Assembly: GCA_964016885.1 (NCBI GenBank)
Contig: OZ024751.1
Span: 8,246,001-8,310,000, forward strand
Reading direction: 5' to 3'
From: Eledone cirrhosa
Taxonomy: Eukaryota
DNA length: 64,000 nt
Positions 41,112 to 55,549 of the stretch are shown here, piece by piece (within the stretch, counting starts at the first letter, position 1; each line of letters opens with the position of its first letter). The notes under the pieces are model-generated. The model worked only from the letters and a program-made list of their open reading frames with translations. It had not been told where the DNA came from and did no database searches. A program made the position numbers and the translations under genes.

Positions 41112-44100
41112 ATGTCAGGTAAATCTTGAGTGCTACTGGTAACATGTAAACAAGTACAACCTGTCGGATGGTCGGGTCGTTGGCTACTAAACTGGCAACC
41201 CCACCAAGTTTACTTGGGGAGGGGGGTGATTTTGGACAACGTGCAGGACAAAAAACAAAATCTGACAAACGGGTGAAGAACTCAAAAGAGTCAACGGCCA
41301 TCCAAAAATGTGTAAATATGTATATACACATGTACATAGGGTATGTGTATGTATATACGTGTGTATATGCCTGGGGTGTCGGGGAGGGGGCATGTACCTC
41401 TGTAGGGGGGGGTACCCATGCCCTTTGCAGAACAGCTCGTCCTGCATTGGGTCCCCCCTGACACTCAGCTCTCACTTGTGGCCCCAAGAAGCTGTAGCAT
41501 GCGACAGCGGCCACACACCGGTAACCAACCTTCGCTGGCGGGCCCAACCAGGTTGAGGGTAGCCGGACGGGTTGAAACCCCCCGGCGAGTTAGATAGGGG
41601 ATGCCTGCCGCTGCATGCGAAGACTTGTCCCGGCGGAGTGAGTGGAGTAGGACAACATCGTCACAACGGTCACGAAGGCAGCAACAGCAAGCAGAGGGGA
41701 GCGCTAGGGCACGGCAAGGCAGAACAGACGTCGTGGCCATCCACTGCAGCCAAGGAAGTAGATGGTCGTGACGGTCTTCCGTACAACCGGATTCTGGCTT
41801 CTGCGGCCGAGTGATTGAGACCGTCAGTGTGCACTGGCCCTCCCACTATAAACCTTTCCCGCACAGGTTTCTTCTTTAGCTGGCACTCCTAAAACCCTGC
41901 GGGTGAGAGTCGGAGGTAACAGGTGGAGGTAACCTCTGGGCGTTGCCAGTCTCAAACGCACACCCGGGCGGCCTGGATGCGCAAGTCGTTTTCCTCCTGA
42001 CCCTTGATGACAGAGGGGATCAGGAGTTCCACCGGGCGACTGAGCAGCCCTTTTCGGGGGAGCATTGCTCACCCTCGCAGGAGGGGAGCGGCGATAAAAG
42101 GAGCCCTAACCAAATGCTCGTCCCACACAAAGCCGGCCAGTCTACCGCGGCATGCGGTTTTACCCTTCCAAGCGGACGAAACCAACATAATAGAAAAAAG
42201 AACTTGATTCTTGGCGCATGGGATGTGCGCACCCTCATGGATAGGGAAGCCTATTTGAGGCTAGAGAGAAGAACTGCCCTCATAGCGAGGGAATTTGCTC
42301 GCTACCGGATCGACATAGTCGCTCTCAGCGAGACCAGACTCGCCCAAGAAGGATCAGTAGCAGAACCGAAAGGAGGCTACACCTTCTTTTGGAAGGACAA
42401 TGCAATGGACGAGGACAGAATCCACGGTGTAGGCCAGGCCTTCAGGACTTCGCTCTGCAAGCAGCTACCAGACCTCCCATACCTGCGAGTGACCTGCTGA
42501 TGAAGCTCCGCTTCCCCATCGACCCATCTCGGCATGTCACGGTCATCAGCGCGTACTCTCACTCTCACCAGCAGCAATGAAGCAAAGGACGCTTCCTACG
42601 GGGAACTCAACGCACTCGTGAAGTTCGTCCCCCCAAGCGATAAACTCATCCTACTGGGGGACTTCAACGCAGAGGCGGGTCTGACAGCAGCAACTCGGGA
42701 GGCGTGCTGGAAACTCAATGACAGGGAAGCTGAACTCTAACGGCCTCACGCTGTTGAGTTTCTGCACCGAGAACGACGAAATGATCTAGCACACTGTTCC
42801 GCCTGGCAGGAAAGTTCAAGACGACACGGATGCACCGCAGATCCAAATAGTGGCATCTGTTTGACTTTGCCATATGCCGCAGGAGGGACATCCGTGACGT
42901 CAGCATCACCAGGGCCATGTGTGGTGCAGAGTGTTTGACCGACCATCGCCTTGTCAGGATCATCCTGTAACTGCACATTACCCTGACGCATCGCAAGACT
43001 CTGAAAGTATGTTGGCCATCATTGGACGTCGCACGACTCAAGCAACCAGAGCATCGTGAAGAAATCGCGCATACCTGGACGGCCGGCTGACTGCCCATGG
43101 ACCACTGACCGGACCCCCAACTCAACAGTGGGATCAGTTCAGTTCGCTGGTGACAGAGTCAGCCAAGGCAACCGTCGGGCCGAGGAACAGAATCCACAAG
43201 GACTGGTTTGATGGACGAGAATGGGAGTGGCTTTCAATGAGTGGCAGAATGTCAGCTCCTCTACCTCGAAGCCCGACCGCTTCAAGCACCTCCAGAGGCA
43301 GACCCAAGCAGCGCTACGCAGAATGCAGCACGAGTGGTGGGAAAAGAAGGCCGAAGATGTCGAGAGATATGCTGACACAGAAATTCCAAGATGTTCTTCA
43401 GCGCCAGCGCGGACGTCTACGGACCCCCCAAGTCTGTCACCACACCGCTCCTGTCTGCTGACCGCTTGACCCTGCTGATGGAGAAGAGCAGCATCAACTC
43501 AAGGTGGAGAGAGTACACAGCAACCTACTCAACAGGCCCGCCACTGTCTACCCTGCCGCCCTCAACCAGTTCCCAGAGAAACCCATAGTCGGCAGCCTCG
43601 ACTCCTTCTCCTACGTTGGATGAAATCACGAAGGCAATCAACCAGACCAGCTCAGGAAAGTTCCCTGGTAAGGACGGGATTACTATCGAGATCTTCAAGT
43701 CAGCCGGTCCAGCTGCTCTGGGGGCCTTCCACACCCTCCTCGCAGGCATATGGGAGGAAGAAGAGGTTCACAAAGACTTCAAAGATGCCACAGTTGTCTC
43801 GTTTTTTAAGATCAAAGGCAGAAAAACTGATTGTGGCAACTATCGGGGTATCTCTCTCCTCTCCATCGCTGCGAAGTTCCTGGCTCGGGTCATGCTCAAC
43901 AGCCTCATCGCCAACATGCCTGAGTCCCAGTGTGGGTTCCGCCCAAACCGCAGCACGATCGACATGATCGTCTCTGTACGCCAGGTGCAGGAGAAGTGTG
44001 TTGAACAGAACATGGACCTCTTTGTCGTCTTCATAGACTTGACGATGGCCTTTGAAACTGTCAACAGGGAGGCCCTCTGGTCGATACATTCGAAGTTTGT

Positions 44101-45320
44101 ATGCTCGACCGAGTTAGTGAACCTGATACGACAATTCCATAACGACATGATAACAAGGATGCGTGTTGGCTCTCGTCCTCTTCAACCTGCGTGCTCAATC
44201 ATGCCGTCAGAGACCTCAAGCACAGAGTGTACCTGCATTACAGACTTGACGGGTCCCTGTTTGACCTGCCGCGCCTGACGCCCAAGACAAGGACCGTGCA
44301 GAGGATCATCATGGAGGAACTTTTTACTGCCAACTCTGCCCTCATGACCCACAGGGAATCTGACCTCCAAGTCATCGTTAATAAGTTCGAGGAGGTCTCC
44401 TGCCACTTCGGTCTCACAATTAGCCTTGGCAAGACTGACGTCCTGTTCCAGCCTGCACCTGCCTCTATCACCTGCCCTCCTTCCCTCTCCATCGGAGGCA
44501 CCCAGCTAAAGACGGTGAACAACTTGAAGTACCTCGGCAGTGTCATCAGCAGCGATGGAAAATCTCGACAAAGAGATACACACCAGGATCTGCAAGGCTA
44601 GTCAGCCCTTGGCCGCCTGAGGACGCGCGTCCTGAACCAACACTACATTAGGCTGCCCACCAAGGTCAAGGTGTACAGGGCCGTTGTTTTCACCAGCCTC
44701 CTCTACGGATGTGAGACATAGGCCCTGTACAGAAGGCACCTGAAACAGCTGGAACGGTTCAACATGCGCAGCCTGCAGTCAATCATTAATATCAAATGGC
44801 AGGACAAGGTCTCCAACCTCGAAGTTCTTGACATGGCTGAGGCAACCAGTGTCGAAGCTACGATACCGAAGAGCTGACTTCGATGGGTGGGACATGTCAT
44901 CTGAATGGACGATCAGAGGCTTCCGAAGCAACTGATGTTCGGGCATACGAAAGCAGGGCAGGCCTCTCAAGAGGTTCAAAGACTGTGTGATGTCCAGCAT
45001 CAACATCACTGGAATCAACAACACTGGAATCACCCCAAAACAACTCAAGTCCCATGCTCAGGACAGGATTGAGTGGCGAGCCCTTACCAGACGCGCCAAA
45101 GACTCTTTTGAAGAGAAGAGACGGGCAGAGGTCACTGAGGCCCGTAAAAGGAAGAGAAAGGCATCAGCAGCTGCTCCAAGCAACTCCGATCTCTTCCGCT
45201 GCCCCCACTGTCCCCGCACCTGCAAGTCAAGGATCAACCTCCACATCCACCTTCGTGCCCACGGCTGACGGGAACTAAAATAAAGATGTCATCATCGTTT
45301 ACGATGGACAACCAAGATTA
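41112..45320 (+). mobile_element. near full-length decayed RTE (BovB-like) LINE: APE endonuclease, RT, C-terminal C2H2
   Basis: GAWDVRTL..RRTALIARE..IDIVALSETR; LILLGDFNA; GNYRGISLLS; PESQCGFR; KYLGS; CPHCPRTC..HLRAH; many stops and frameshifts. Confidence 0.93.
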
Positions 45321-46386
45321 TGTGGGTGAAAGTTAATGTAGCCTTAGTGTAGAGTTAGTTATAGATATATATACTCACAAAGATATATACATGAGTTCGG
45401 ACGGAATCACATAATTAAAAGTATTTATTTATATATTTTAAGAATATCGATGTATTTATAATATTTAGATGAGAATTGTAATAGTATTGTAGAGTGCTTC
45501 TAATCTGTTGTAAAACTAACTTTGTTGAATAATCAACAAACCATATAACTCATTGTTTATATATGTATATATATATAAGGTTTGGGGTGTTTTGTTGTCT
45601 TAATCTGGACACTGATTAAATAATGCCGAGAGAAAATAAATATGTGAAAATAGAAAAACGATAAGATGTTAATAACTGTAACAATGTTGATGGTCTTGTT
45701 GTGCATTGGACACTCCATTGGGGCTAAATACCTACAGAAACAAAATCAACGTTGGTGATTATTACACTGAACATGACAAGATTACAACTGACATCGGCAT
45801 GTTATCATTTAAGTGAGATATGTAATTATCCATTGCCTAGAAAATCTGAACTGTTAATGAGAATCATGTATCTCGTTTTCTCGTCATAAAGTTACAAGCC
45901 TAGTGGTAATTATTCACTGTAATTTATATTGTGATGCTGTGAGTTAAGTGTTCTGAACGTGATAGCAGAGATAACCTGCTGAGTTTAATTGAAATATAGA
46001 ATCGTAAGATCGATGACCCGTCCATCTGCTTCGCTCAAAACAAATATAATGTGGACAACTCTTTAGAATTCTGTTTACTCCCCGTGGCTCCTATTCAATT
46101 ATTGATGTGTACTCACAGTTTCCCGCTGTTATAGCGTATATGTATGCAATATATGTTTTTATGTAGATACCAGGTGTACAATAGTACAGCTTGTTGTTTT
46201 GAGAGTATTATTTACAGATAGATAAATAATCTCGAGTATATTCAATATTGTCGATATCATGTAGTCAGATCACATTATAAAATGTGTAATGAAGCATGCA
46301 TACATTCACGCACAAACATACATTCGGAAAGATATTGCTGATATATTTTGAATGAAACAATTCTAGTTCCGTAGAAGCCAATATAA

Positions 46387-47078
<692 letters not shown>

Positions 47079-47250
47079 TATATATATATATATATATTAA
47101 AATAACAGATTAAAGTTTAAGCAAAGACACTGCGTTCACCCATAACGGGATCTTCTGAAATTAACCATTTGCTCTACGGTTCTTATATATTTGATATATA
47201 TTTATCCTATCGAGCCCTCTTTGGATTTTAGTCTTAAAATTTATTATTAT

Positions 47251-47336
<86 letters not shown>

Positions 47337-47359
47337 GCGTGTGTGTGTGGGTGTGTGTT

Positions 47360-47390
<31 letters not shown>

Positions 47391-47406
47391 TAAAATAACA
47401 GATTAA

Positions 47407-47457
47407 AGTTTAAGCAAAGAATCGCTGCTTTCACCCTTAACGGGATCTTCTGAAACT
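47407..47457 (-). ncRNA. hammerhead-fold RNA with U4A core (CAGAAGA)
   Basis: Minus agttt-CAGAAGA-tccc gtta agggt-GAAA-gca gcgattctt tgc-TT-aaact. Confidence 0.72.
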
Positions 47458-47574
47458 AACAAAGTCAATCTGTAAACTCAGAAGTGGATATTTCAAAAAA
47501 CGTTGCAACCGGAGGAAAACAGTTTGCAACGTTTTTTGAAACATCCAGTTCTGCGTTTACAGATTGACTTTGTT

Positions 47575-47625
47575 AGTTTCAGAAGATCCCGTTAAGGGTG
47601 AAAGCACCGATTCTTTACTTAAACT
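47575..47625 (+). ncRNA. hammerhead-fold RNA with U4A core
   Basis: Same motif with a stem III mismatch. Confidence 0.65.
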
Positions 47626-47733
47626 TTAATCTGTTATTTTAATAAATATTTGCTCTACGGTTCTTATATATTTGATATATATTTATCCTTATTGAGCCCT
47701 CTTTGGATTTTAGTCTTCAAATTTATTATTATT

Positions 47734-47796
<63 letters not shown>

Positions 47797-48099
47797 CGAT
47801 ATGTTGTTGAAGGCTGAGAGAAAAAATCTCAATAACAAAGGGGAGATAAAATATTAATATTATTAAGGCCAGGTAGTGAGACTTGTTACTCTGGTGTTTC
47901 ACCTATTCATCACATCTTACTTGGTTACCCCTCGACAAATAATCCTCTTTAAACCCTCCCTCCCGCATTCCCTATTATTCACTATATCTGCTATTGAAGC
48001 ATTTATAGTAACATGTAACTTCAGAGTAACAAGACTCGCTATTTAGTCTTTACAAAATGACTATATATATATATATATGTTTATGGCCTCTCTCGTCTG

Positions 48100-49390
48100 G
48101 CCTGGGAAAAAATTAATAAAAAATCTGTTATTGAAGAAAAATGGTCATCGTTCTTCAAGTGTTCCTGTCATATAGAACTGTTTTTTGTGTTGTTCCGGTC
48201 TATGGGTCTCGGATTTCGGCGTGGGGTGGAGAAGGAAGTTGGGCTGCCATTAATATCTAGCACCCTGCGGAATCGTCTATGGGTAGCTCCATTAGCAGCG
48301 TCGATGTATCAGTGGCGTATACGAACCATTTCGTTGAACATGTACACTCTTTTAGAGCTGATCGGGAGGACAGATTTGTAATGCACAAACAGGACCGTAC
48401 TGGCCACTTAGCGGTGGTAATCGGTGTGGATTTCACCGCTATCAAAGATGTTAAGTTTGAAATCAAGTAGAGCCAGGGTCCCCACGACGATGCCACAGAT
48501 CGAGACACGAAACCATCAGAAGAGATGGACTCAATATAAATCTAGCTCAGTCTGGCCCTTCCCTGCGAATATGCCTCTCCAGAAGCCGTTGCTCCCACCA
48601 ACGATAATGAGGGATGCACCCTAGCCAATTGCCCTATCCGCAACACTAATTGATGCCTACGTACCTACGTATTATACAGGCTAGAATGTAACAGGTACAA
48701 TCTATTTTACATAGGCAGCACTATTCGACAGTTACTTCTTCGTCTTAAAGAGCTTGTTAACACCAACTCCTCTTCCTTTCGCAAACACATCATCAAATGT
48801 GGAATCCGGAACAACATTACTACCACATTTATAGTTAGTTAATGCAATATAGGCACACTGAGAATGCGAACAAATATGCACCAGAATGGCTACTTTCAAA
48901 GCCTGTACCCAAACATCCCAATGGCCCGTTTCATTATTTCTTTCAAATTAAATATGTCCTCATTCGGTATACACACGTAGACTCATACACACACACATAC
49001 ATATATCACTCTCATATTTTTCCATTTTTATTATATACATATTCGCAGACACCTTTCACGACATAAACTTACATTCATGCACACAATTACATACATCCCA
49101 CTACGAACATTTACATTCACGCATACACATGCATACATCATACACTTTTCGCAGACATTTCACAACACTCGAAATTTTAACCTCTTTTCATCACATTTAA
49201 CTTAAATCTCGCTTGCTAACAAGTCATATCCGATCGATCCATTAATTGTTTCACGGGGATAATGGGTTTTTAAATCCGAAATTACTTAGGATTATTACAT
49301 TTACTAAGGTAAGATTATATTGTTGTCTTGGCAATTTTATTTTTTTACTGCATTGTATGGTTTTCAAAATTTTTTTAATTTGTGTTCCAT
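48100..49390. mobile_element. PLE relic (Hydra-clade-like) with 5' inversion
   Basis: Minus 48480->48190 reads TLALLDFKLNIFDSGEIHTD..FVHYKS..RFRRVLDINGSP (RT thumb); plus 48515->48830 reads IRRDGLNINLAQSGPSLR..CTLANCPIRNTN*CLRTYVLYRLECNRYNLFYIGSTIRQLLLRLKE. Confidence 0.85.
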
Positions 49391-49487
49391 ATATATATAT
49401 ATATATATATAATTAAATAGCCCTGTACTATACATAGAGCATTCTTCTTATCTTTACCTTTTCCACGGAAATACTTAACATATATAC

Positions 49488-49522
<35 letters not shown>

Positions 49523-49620
49523 TAAGTATATAGACATATAACAAATGATAAATCCAAGGGTTAACACAGAATTACTATGTATTTATTAGTCTATTGTATG
49601 TAAACATCCATACACACACC

Positions 49621-49700
<80 letters not shown>

Positions 49701-50019
49701 GTGTCTATGTGTGTGGTTGTGTGTGTGTATGTGTATAAATATATGGTATATTCTAATATCGGAGTATATAGATGAGTTTAAAGTTTTATGTATGTTATAG
49801 TGGCTCTATATTAAACACACATATTGCTTTTCACTTAATTGATTTATGTCTTCACAGACTGCAACTACTTAAAATATCTTTGATCATGATTGTTTAATAA
49901 ACCGTCAAGTTTTATATATTTACGCATACATGAATACCTACACGCTATTACCCCGGTACAATATATTTCTGTGAAAGTCTTTATGAACAAATAAAAAAAC
50001 AGACAGACAGATACACGCA

Positions 50020-50104
<85 letters not shown>

Positions 50105-50107
<3 letters not shown>

Positions 50108-50560
50108 AAGGTTAAACAAGGTTCAATGAATAAAGTTTTACAATAGATTAGAAGCACTCCACAGTGTTGGTTTTCAGGAGTTATTAATATTAATTCAAAA
50201 TATTAACAAATATAGACATTCGTGTGATCAAGTATATTATTTTATACATATTTTAGTGGTACTGAGCTATCTTCAACAGTACGTCCTCATCAGAGATGAG
50301 ATGATGCATGACATAACTTCACTAAGTATATGGTTAACATTCAGTCATGGCATACCTTGACTAAGTAGATGGTTAAAATTCAGTCATAACTGCCATGCCT
50401 GAATTTTAGCCATCTATTTAGTCAAGGTATGTCATGCATCATCTTATTTTATCTGATGAGGACGTACTGTTGAAGATAGCTCAGTACCTCTGAAATATGT
50501 ATAATAAAATATACTTGATCACACGAATGTCTATATTTGTTAATATTTTGAATTAATATA
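50105..50560. mobile_element. family L inverted-repeat module with HHR at 50446-50510(+)
   Basis: attttat-CTGATGA-ggacgtactg..cagtacctct-GAAA-tatgta-TA-ataaaat; decayed inverted copy at about 50235-50296. Confidence 0.82.
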
Positions 50561-50675
50561 TACATATACAGATATATATAAATATTTCCAACAGATATGA
50601 ATATAACGGGCTTAGACGAGTTTCATTCGTTGGTGATTTCTAACGAACAAAATGCTGATATTCATGTAACCTACA

Positions 50676-50808
<133 letters not shown>

Positions 50809-50809
50809 G

Positions 50810-50859
<50 letters not shown>

Positions 50860-51030
50860 CAATATCGGAGAAAGCTTTTTAGCGATACTCCGGCCACATT
50901 CCAACTCACTCAACAAACATTAGGAAATAAGTGAATATATTCCCAATTATGTGTTCGGGGTGCTAACTAAAAGTATTGCGTGGAAAATTGGCTGTATGAT
51001 TTCAAATGAGACATATCTAATATATCTCTT

Positions 51031-51157
51031 CCCAGACGGACGTCTCGTTTCATTATAGGATTCCTACAATTTGGGTGAAATTATACCAATTTATGTAGGA
51101 GCTTGTATACCATCAATAGATATATATTCAAGTGGGCTCCTATAATTCATCAGTGGG
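51031..51157 (-). ncRNA. hammerhead with 95-nt stem II domain
   Basis: Minus ccca-CTGATGA-attatagga...tcctataat-GAAA-cg agacgtc cg-TC-tggg; perfect 9-bp stem II base. Confidence 0.85.
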
Positions 51158-51389
51158 TGCCCCAATAACACTAATATTGATAATCTAACCAACATCAGCA
51201 TTTAGCGATAATCACTTTCTATGCCTGAGGTATCTGCCAGGTTGCCAGTTCAGCAGTTCTGAAGGAGGTGCTCGAACTGATTCAAAAAATGAGGAAGTGA
51301 ATTACCGCCAAAAAAATCAATACATGCGCGTGACAATGAACTCTGAAAGGAATTCAGGCCACGTGCTAAGAACTCAATTAGTATCAGGG

Positions 51390-51848
51390 CTCTGAAAGAG
51401 CGATGTATGTATGAATGTATGTATAGTATATTTGATAATATACTGTATGTTTATTTTAAAACATGTTGGAGACCATTCAGCAAAAACAGAGGAAAGCAAC
51501 CGACAGCTGTTTCTCGTTTGTTAACGGTTATCAAGATTGCTTGTCCCCTCGCTCCTGTCGAGACTTATCGAAGCTGGATTCTTTTAGAATTCCAGTGTTG
51601 TTTAAGAGCTGATTAAGCAGAGCAGCTGCCGGTACAGCAACAAATCGTTTTTGCCGAAACAAACTAAGTGACATAGTCACTGCTTTAAAACTCCTGGCGA
51701 ATGGTCTTCAAAATGTTTTTAAGTTTTTAAGTATATTATCAAATATATTATACATACATTCATACATACATCACTATTTCACAGCACTGATAGTAATTTC
51801 CAACATTTGCTGAACCGGCAACTGCCCTGCTTAATCAGCTCTTAAACA
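51390..51848. mobile_element. inverted, permuted module with U3-A8 HHR at 51496-51540(-); diverged relative of the 315-bp array unit
   Basis: Minus gcaatc-TTGATAA-ccgtt aaca aacga-GAAA-cagctg-TC-ggttgc; shares ctgc.taatcagctc and gtcttcaaaatg with 2508-3450. Confidence 0.8.
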
Positions 51849-52357
51849 TATAATAAATGTAATCTGAGTTTTTCGTATATTAATAACATTCGATTCGATT
51901 GCAATTTTGCAAACAAGCCTCGATTTTGTAGCTATGTCAGTAGAACGAACACTTCATTATTGCCCTTGTGTTGGCATGTAAACAGAACAGCAGACACTAA
52001 TGTTCTGGGTATCACCCTTCATCAGTACAGCTCAATGATCACCTGCCAAACTGTCAGAGCTAGTAAAAATATATGCGATTTTCAAAGATACACAGTGACT
52101 GATTGGCCTGATTTGCATATTAGCAGACTGGCTGATCAGTCATACCTGCATATTAGCAGATTCACTGATCAGCCAGATTGGAATATCAGCAGGCTGGCCA
52201 GTCAGTTTCCTGTATACGAGCGATTAGGGTTCATTCTACTGACATGGCTATACAATTGAGGCTTGTTTGCAAATTTGCAATCGAATCGAATATCATTATT
52301 AATATTCGAAAAACTTAGATTACATTTATTGTATTCAGCCATGTAGAGCGAATTTTT

Positions 52358-52420
<63 letters not shown>

Positions 52421-52427
<7 letters not shown>

Positions 52428-52772
52428 GTGAGCTTTTTTTACAATTTGAAAAATAACCGAGGTGTCCTACACGAGTGAAAGTATAAAGAAAAAGAGATGA
52501 AATCGAAAATGCAACTGGAGTCTTATTTTTAAAAAAAATATATATATTTATTTGGTTCCTTTACCGGTTTCGCAGTTCTTCTGCTTTTCAAAAGTAGAGT
52601 TGAGATGGAGGGTCTGTGGTTTTTCTCACATCTGAGAAAAACCACAGACCCTCCATCTCAACTCTACTTTTGAAAAGCAGAAGAACTGCGAAACCGGTAA
52701 AGGAACCAAATAAATATATATATATTTTGTTAAAATAAGACTCCAGTTGCATTTTCGATTTCATCTCATTTT
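52421..52772. mobile_element. family F palindrome with U3-A8 HHRs at 52559-52594(-) and 52667-52702(+)
   Basis: Centre ttttctca-catc-tgagaaaa; (TA)n on both sides. Confidence 0.88.
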
Positions 52773-53458
52773 CTATATATATATATATATATATTCAAAT
52801 CAGCAAACAGCGAAAGACGCCTTCCGGACTTGTACGACAGACAACCTTTTCCCCCACCCCGGAAAAAAACCCCAGTTGATGGATGTGAATCCGAAATATA
52901 TAGGGACTATTAAATCTCTCCCAAGGTAACTCTCTCTTGTGTTGTTATTTTTATTTTTATCCTTTTACTCTTCCCTCCATTCTACCCATCTCACACATCT
53001 TATACACACCACGCATCTCAACGTACACCCACTTACATCTCTCTCTCCACCACCGGACCTTGTTACCCGGAGATTTACCCATTTGCATTGTCGAGGCTTC
53101 CAAACGACTTATAGATATTTACTTATTGTTGCACAATGCTACAAGCAAACTTCAATACTCTCATATATATTGTTATACTTGGGGAGGGTCATATTTGTGT
53201 AATATTGCCAGAATTAATAACAGAACACACTCACTCTTTGGTTGGTTTTCGCTTCTCGCTTCTGTGTCTGTTATATCGGTAATCTAATATACTCGGTCCT
53301 CAATGTTGCCATTGACTGACCGGCGGTCAAAAATAATACAGATACAATATAGACACACACACATATATAAAGTTTATCATAAATCTTTCGTTGCACATCT
53401 GCAACATCGTCAAAAAACCTCGCAAAACTAATTCATCGCCGCTACATATATATATATA

Positions 53459-53654
53459 GGAAAAGTTACAAGACCGTGTCAGCAGAGCTCAAGCCGTTTC
53501 GACGGCTATTCCTGGACTGAAGTAACCGTCGAAACGGTTAGACCTCTGCCGTCGGAGTCCTGACCCTTTTCCTATTATCCACTCGATTACCCAAAGTAAC
53601 CAGTACTCTGGTGCGTTATGTTCCACCGGGTACCTTACTACACTTCTTTCGTTA
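53459..53654 (+). mobile_element. family H element with fold-back hairpin
   Basis: gccgtttcgacggcta..taaccgtcgaaacggt followed by the cctattatccactc..cacttctttcgtta(TA)n tail. Confidence 0.82.
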
Positions 53655-53658
53655 TATA

Positions 53659-53746
<88 letters not shown>

Positions 53747-54269
53747 TATATATAAATATATATATAATAAACATTAGTCTAGTACATACACTAGACTAAT
53801 GGTCGTCTCTATACCAGTTCCTTTATAGTTTTGCGTGATTTCCTACCTGAAAACGTGTGTTGAAACAGATATTGTTAAATTTGGGAGAGACATGCGGCAA
53901 ATAAAAACACACGCACCTGTTTCTTTTCACTTAAATTTAGTATAGGTTTAGGGTTGGTACTTGGTTCGATAACCGGAAGGTTGTTTAAATATTTTCAAAG
54001 CTCTTTCATCACACATTCTGTGACCTCCTAAGTGACTTCGTTTTTATTTTGTGCCTCTTAATTTTTCTGTCCTCACGATCCTGTAGATGAGGAACACAAA
54101 ATAAAAGGCTTTTCACTGAGCAGGTCACAGAATGTGTGACAAAAGAGGTTGAACAATATATAAACAACGTCCAGGTTATCGGACCAACCAAATAGAAAGT
54201 TATAATAAATTGAAGTGACAACCACCAGATGCTTGTGTTTTTATTAACAGGAAGACCCTCCTAAAGTAT

Positions 54270-54321
<52 letters not shown>

Positions 54322-54322
54322 G

Positions 54323-54425
<103 letters not shown>

Positions 54426-54911
54426 GTGTGTTTGCGTGTGTGTGTCCGTATTTGTATGTATATATTATTTGGGAAGGTTATGCTACCAACAATCCACACA
54501 CGTACCTGTTTGTTTTCACTTCAACTTATTACAAATTCCCGGTGGGTTGGTTTAATAACTGTATGATTGTTTATTTATTATCAAAATTCTTTCATCATAC
54601 ATTATGTGGTTTCCTCAGTGACTAATTTGCTATTTTGTGTCTTTTCATTTTTCTTTCCCTTTCCATGTTGTTTTTGTAAATAAAGATATATATGAATAAG
54701 TAAATTAATAAATAGCTATGCGGTTATTAATCCAACCAATCTGAAATCTAATAAATTGAAGTTTTTTTTTGGCAAACTGACCCTCCGAATGTATAACAAT
54801 ATGAGTATGAACACGTGTTCAGATAAAAATCTTACAAACATATATATATATATATTATATCAGAACATTTGATGGAATTTCCATTTCTGTACATTATTTA
54901 ACTTATTTGAG

Positions 54912-55003
54912 GTTAACTTTGACTTTCATCCTTACGGGATCGATAAAATAACGTACCAGTAATACACTGGTAAATTGCTGGCCGTGTGCCAAAAGTAGAA
55001 ACA
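54912..55003 (+). mobile_element. 5'-truncated SINE A with 19-bp TSD
   Basis: attatttaacttatttgag at 54893 and 55004. Confidence 0.88.
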
Positions 55004-55056
55004 ATTATTTAACTTATTTGAGCTAACAATAATTCTATATTCTGTCTTCTTTGTAG

Positions 55057-55236
55057 TGGACATCGAGCCGTCACAGTCGACCGGTACATCACCAAGACAC
55101 TTGTTGTAATGGAACGCTGGGATACGCGCGAAGTGACCCGCACGTTACCTGTTCTGAGATGCGGTGCTGTAATACAAGTGAGACTGTAGCTGTATATCCT
55201 ATTAATGATGTGCTGGGATTTCGTTTTCGCTGTGTG
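55057..55236 (+). CDS. putative internal coding exon, Cys-rich peptide of unknown identity
   Basis: Acceptor tattctgtcttctttgtAG, donor GTGAGT, 180 bp, open phase-0 frame WTSSRHSRPVHHQDTCCNGTLGYARSDPHVTCSEMRCCNTSETVAVYPINDVLGFRFRCV; GC above background. Confidence 0.5.
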
Positions 55237-55549
55237 GTGAGTTTCAACATATTTTCGGATATATAGTATTCTTTATCGGCATTATATTTCAGGTTTACCC
55301 TTTGCCCCGTTATCTATTTCTGCAACTACTCATTTATCTACATATCCATCTATCACATTATCGATCTACATGCACACACACAGAAGAGTCATATCTATAT
55401 CCTACAAAACTACAACCACCACCACAACAACCCAAACCCCCTCCACCACACATCCTCCTCTTCTCAATCTCCTTCCCTCCCGCACCACCAATAACCCCAC
55501 AATATTCGCGTCTCAATCTCAATGTGTGCTAATTTTGTTTGTACATATA

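Larger units (their letters stand above)
47096..47737. mobile_element. two family I modules: a simple inversion (47096-47253) and a palindrome (arms 47384-47509 / 47524-47649, plus tail)
   Basis: Shares tattaaaataacagattaaagtttaagcaaag and the gctctacggttctt..gagccctctttgg tail with 61583-62502, 20775-20870 and 56640-56722. Confidence 0.85.

Noticed and set aside
52868-52905. HHR-like ccc-CAGTTGA-tggat..atcc-GAAA-tata-TA-ggg, and similar relics at 53378-53416(-), about 53847 and about 49250
   Set aside because: Probably decayed hammerheads, but with core or stem I damage and single copies, so not called as features.
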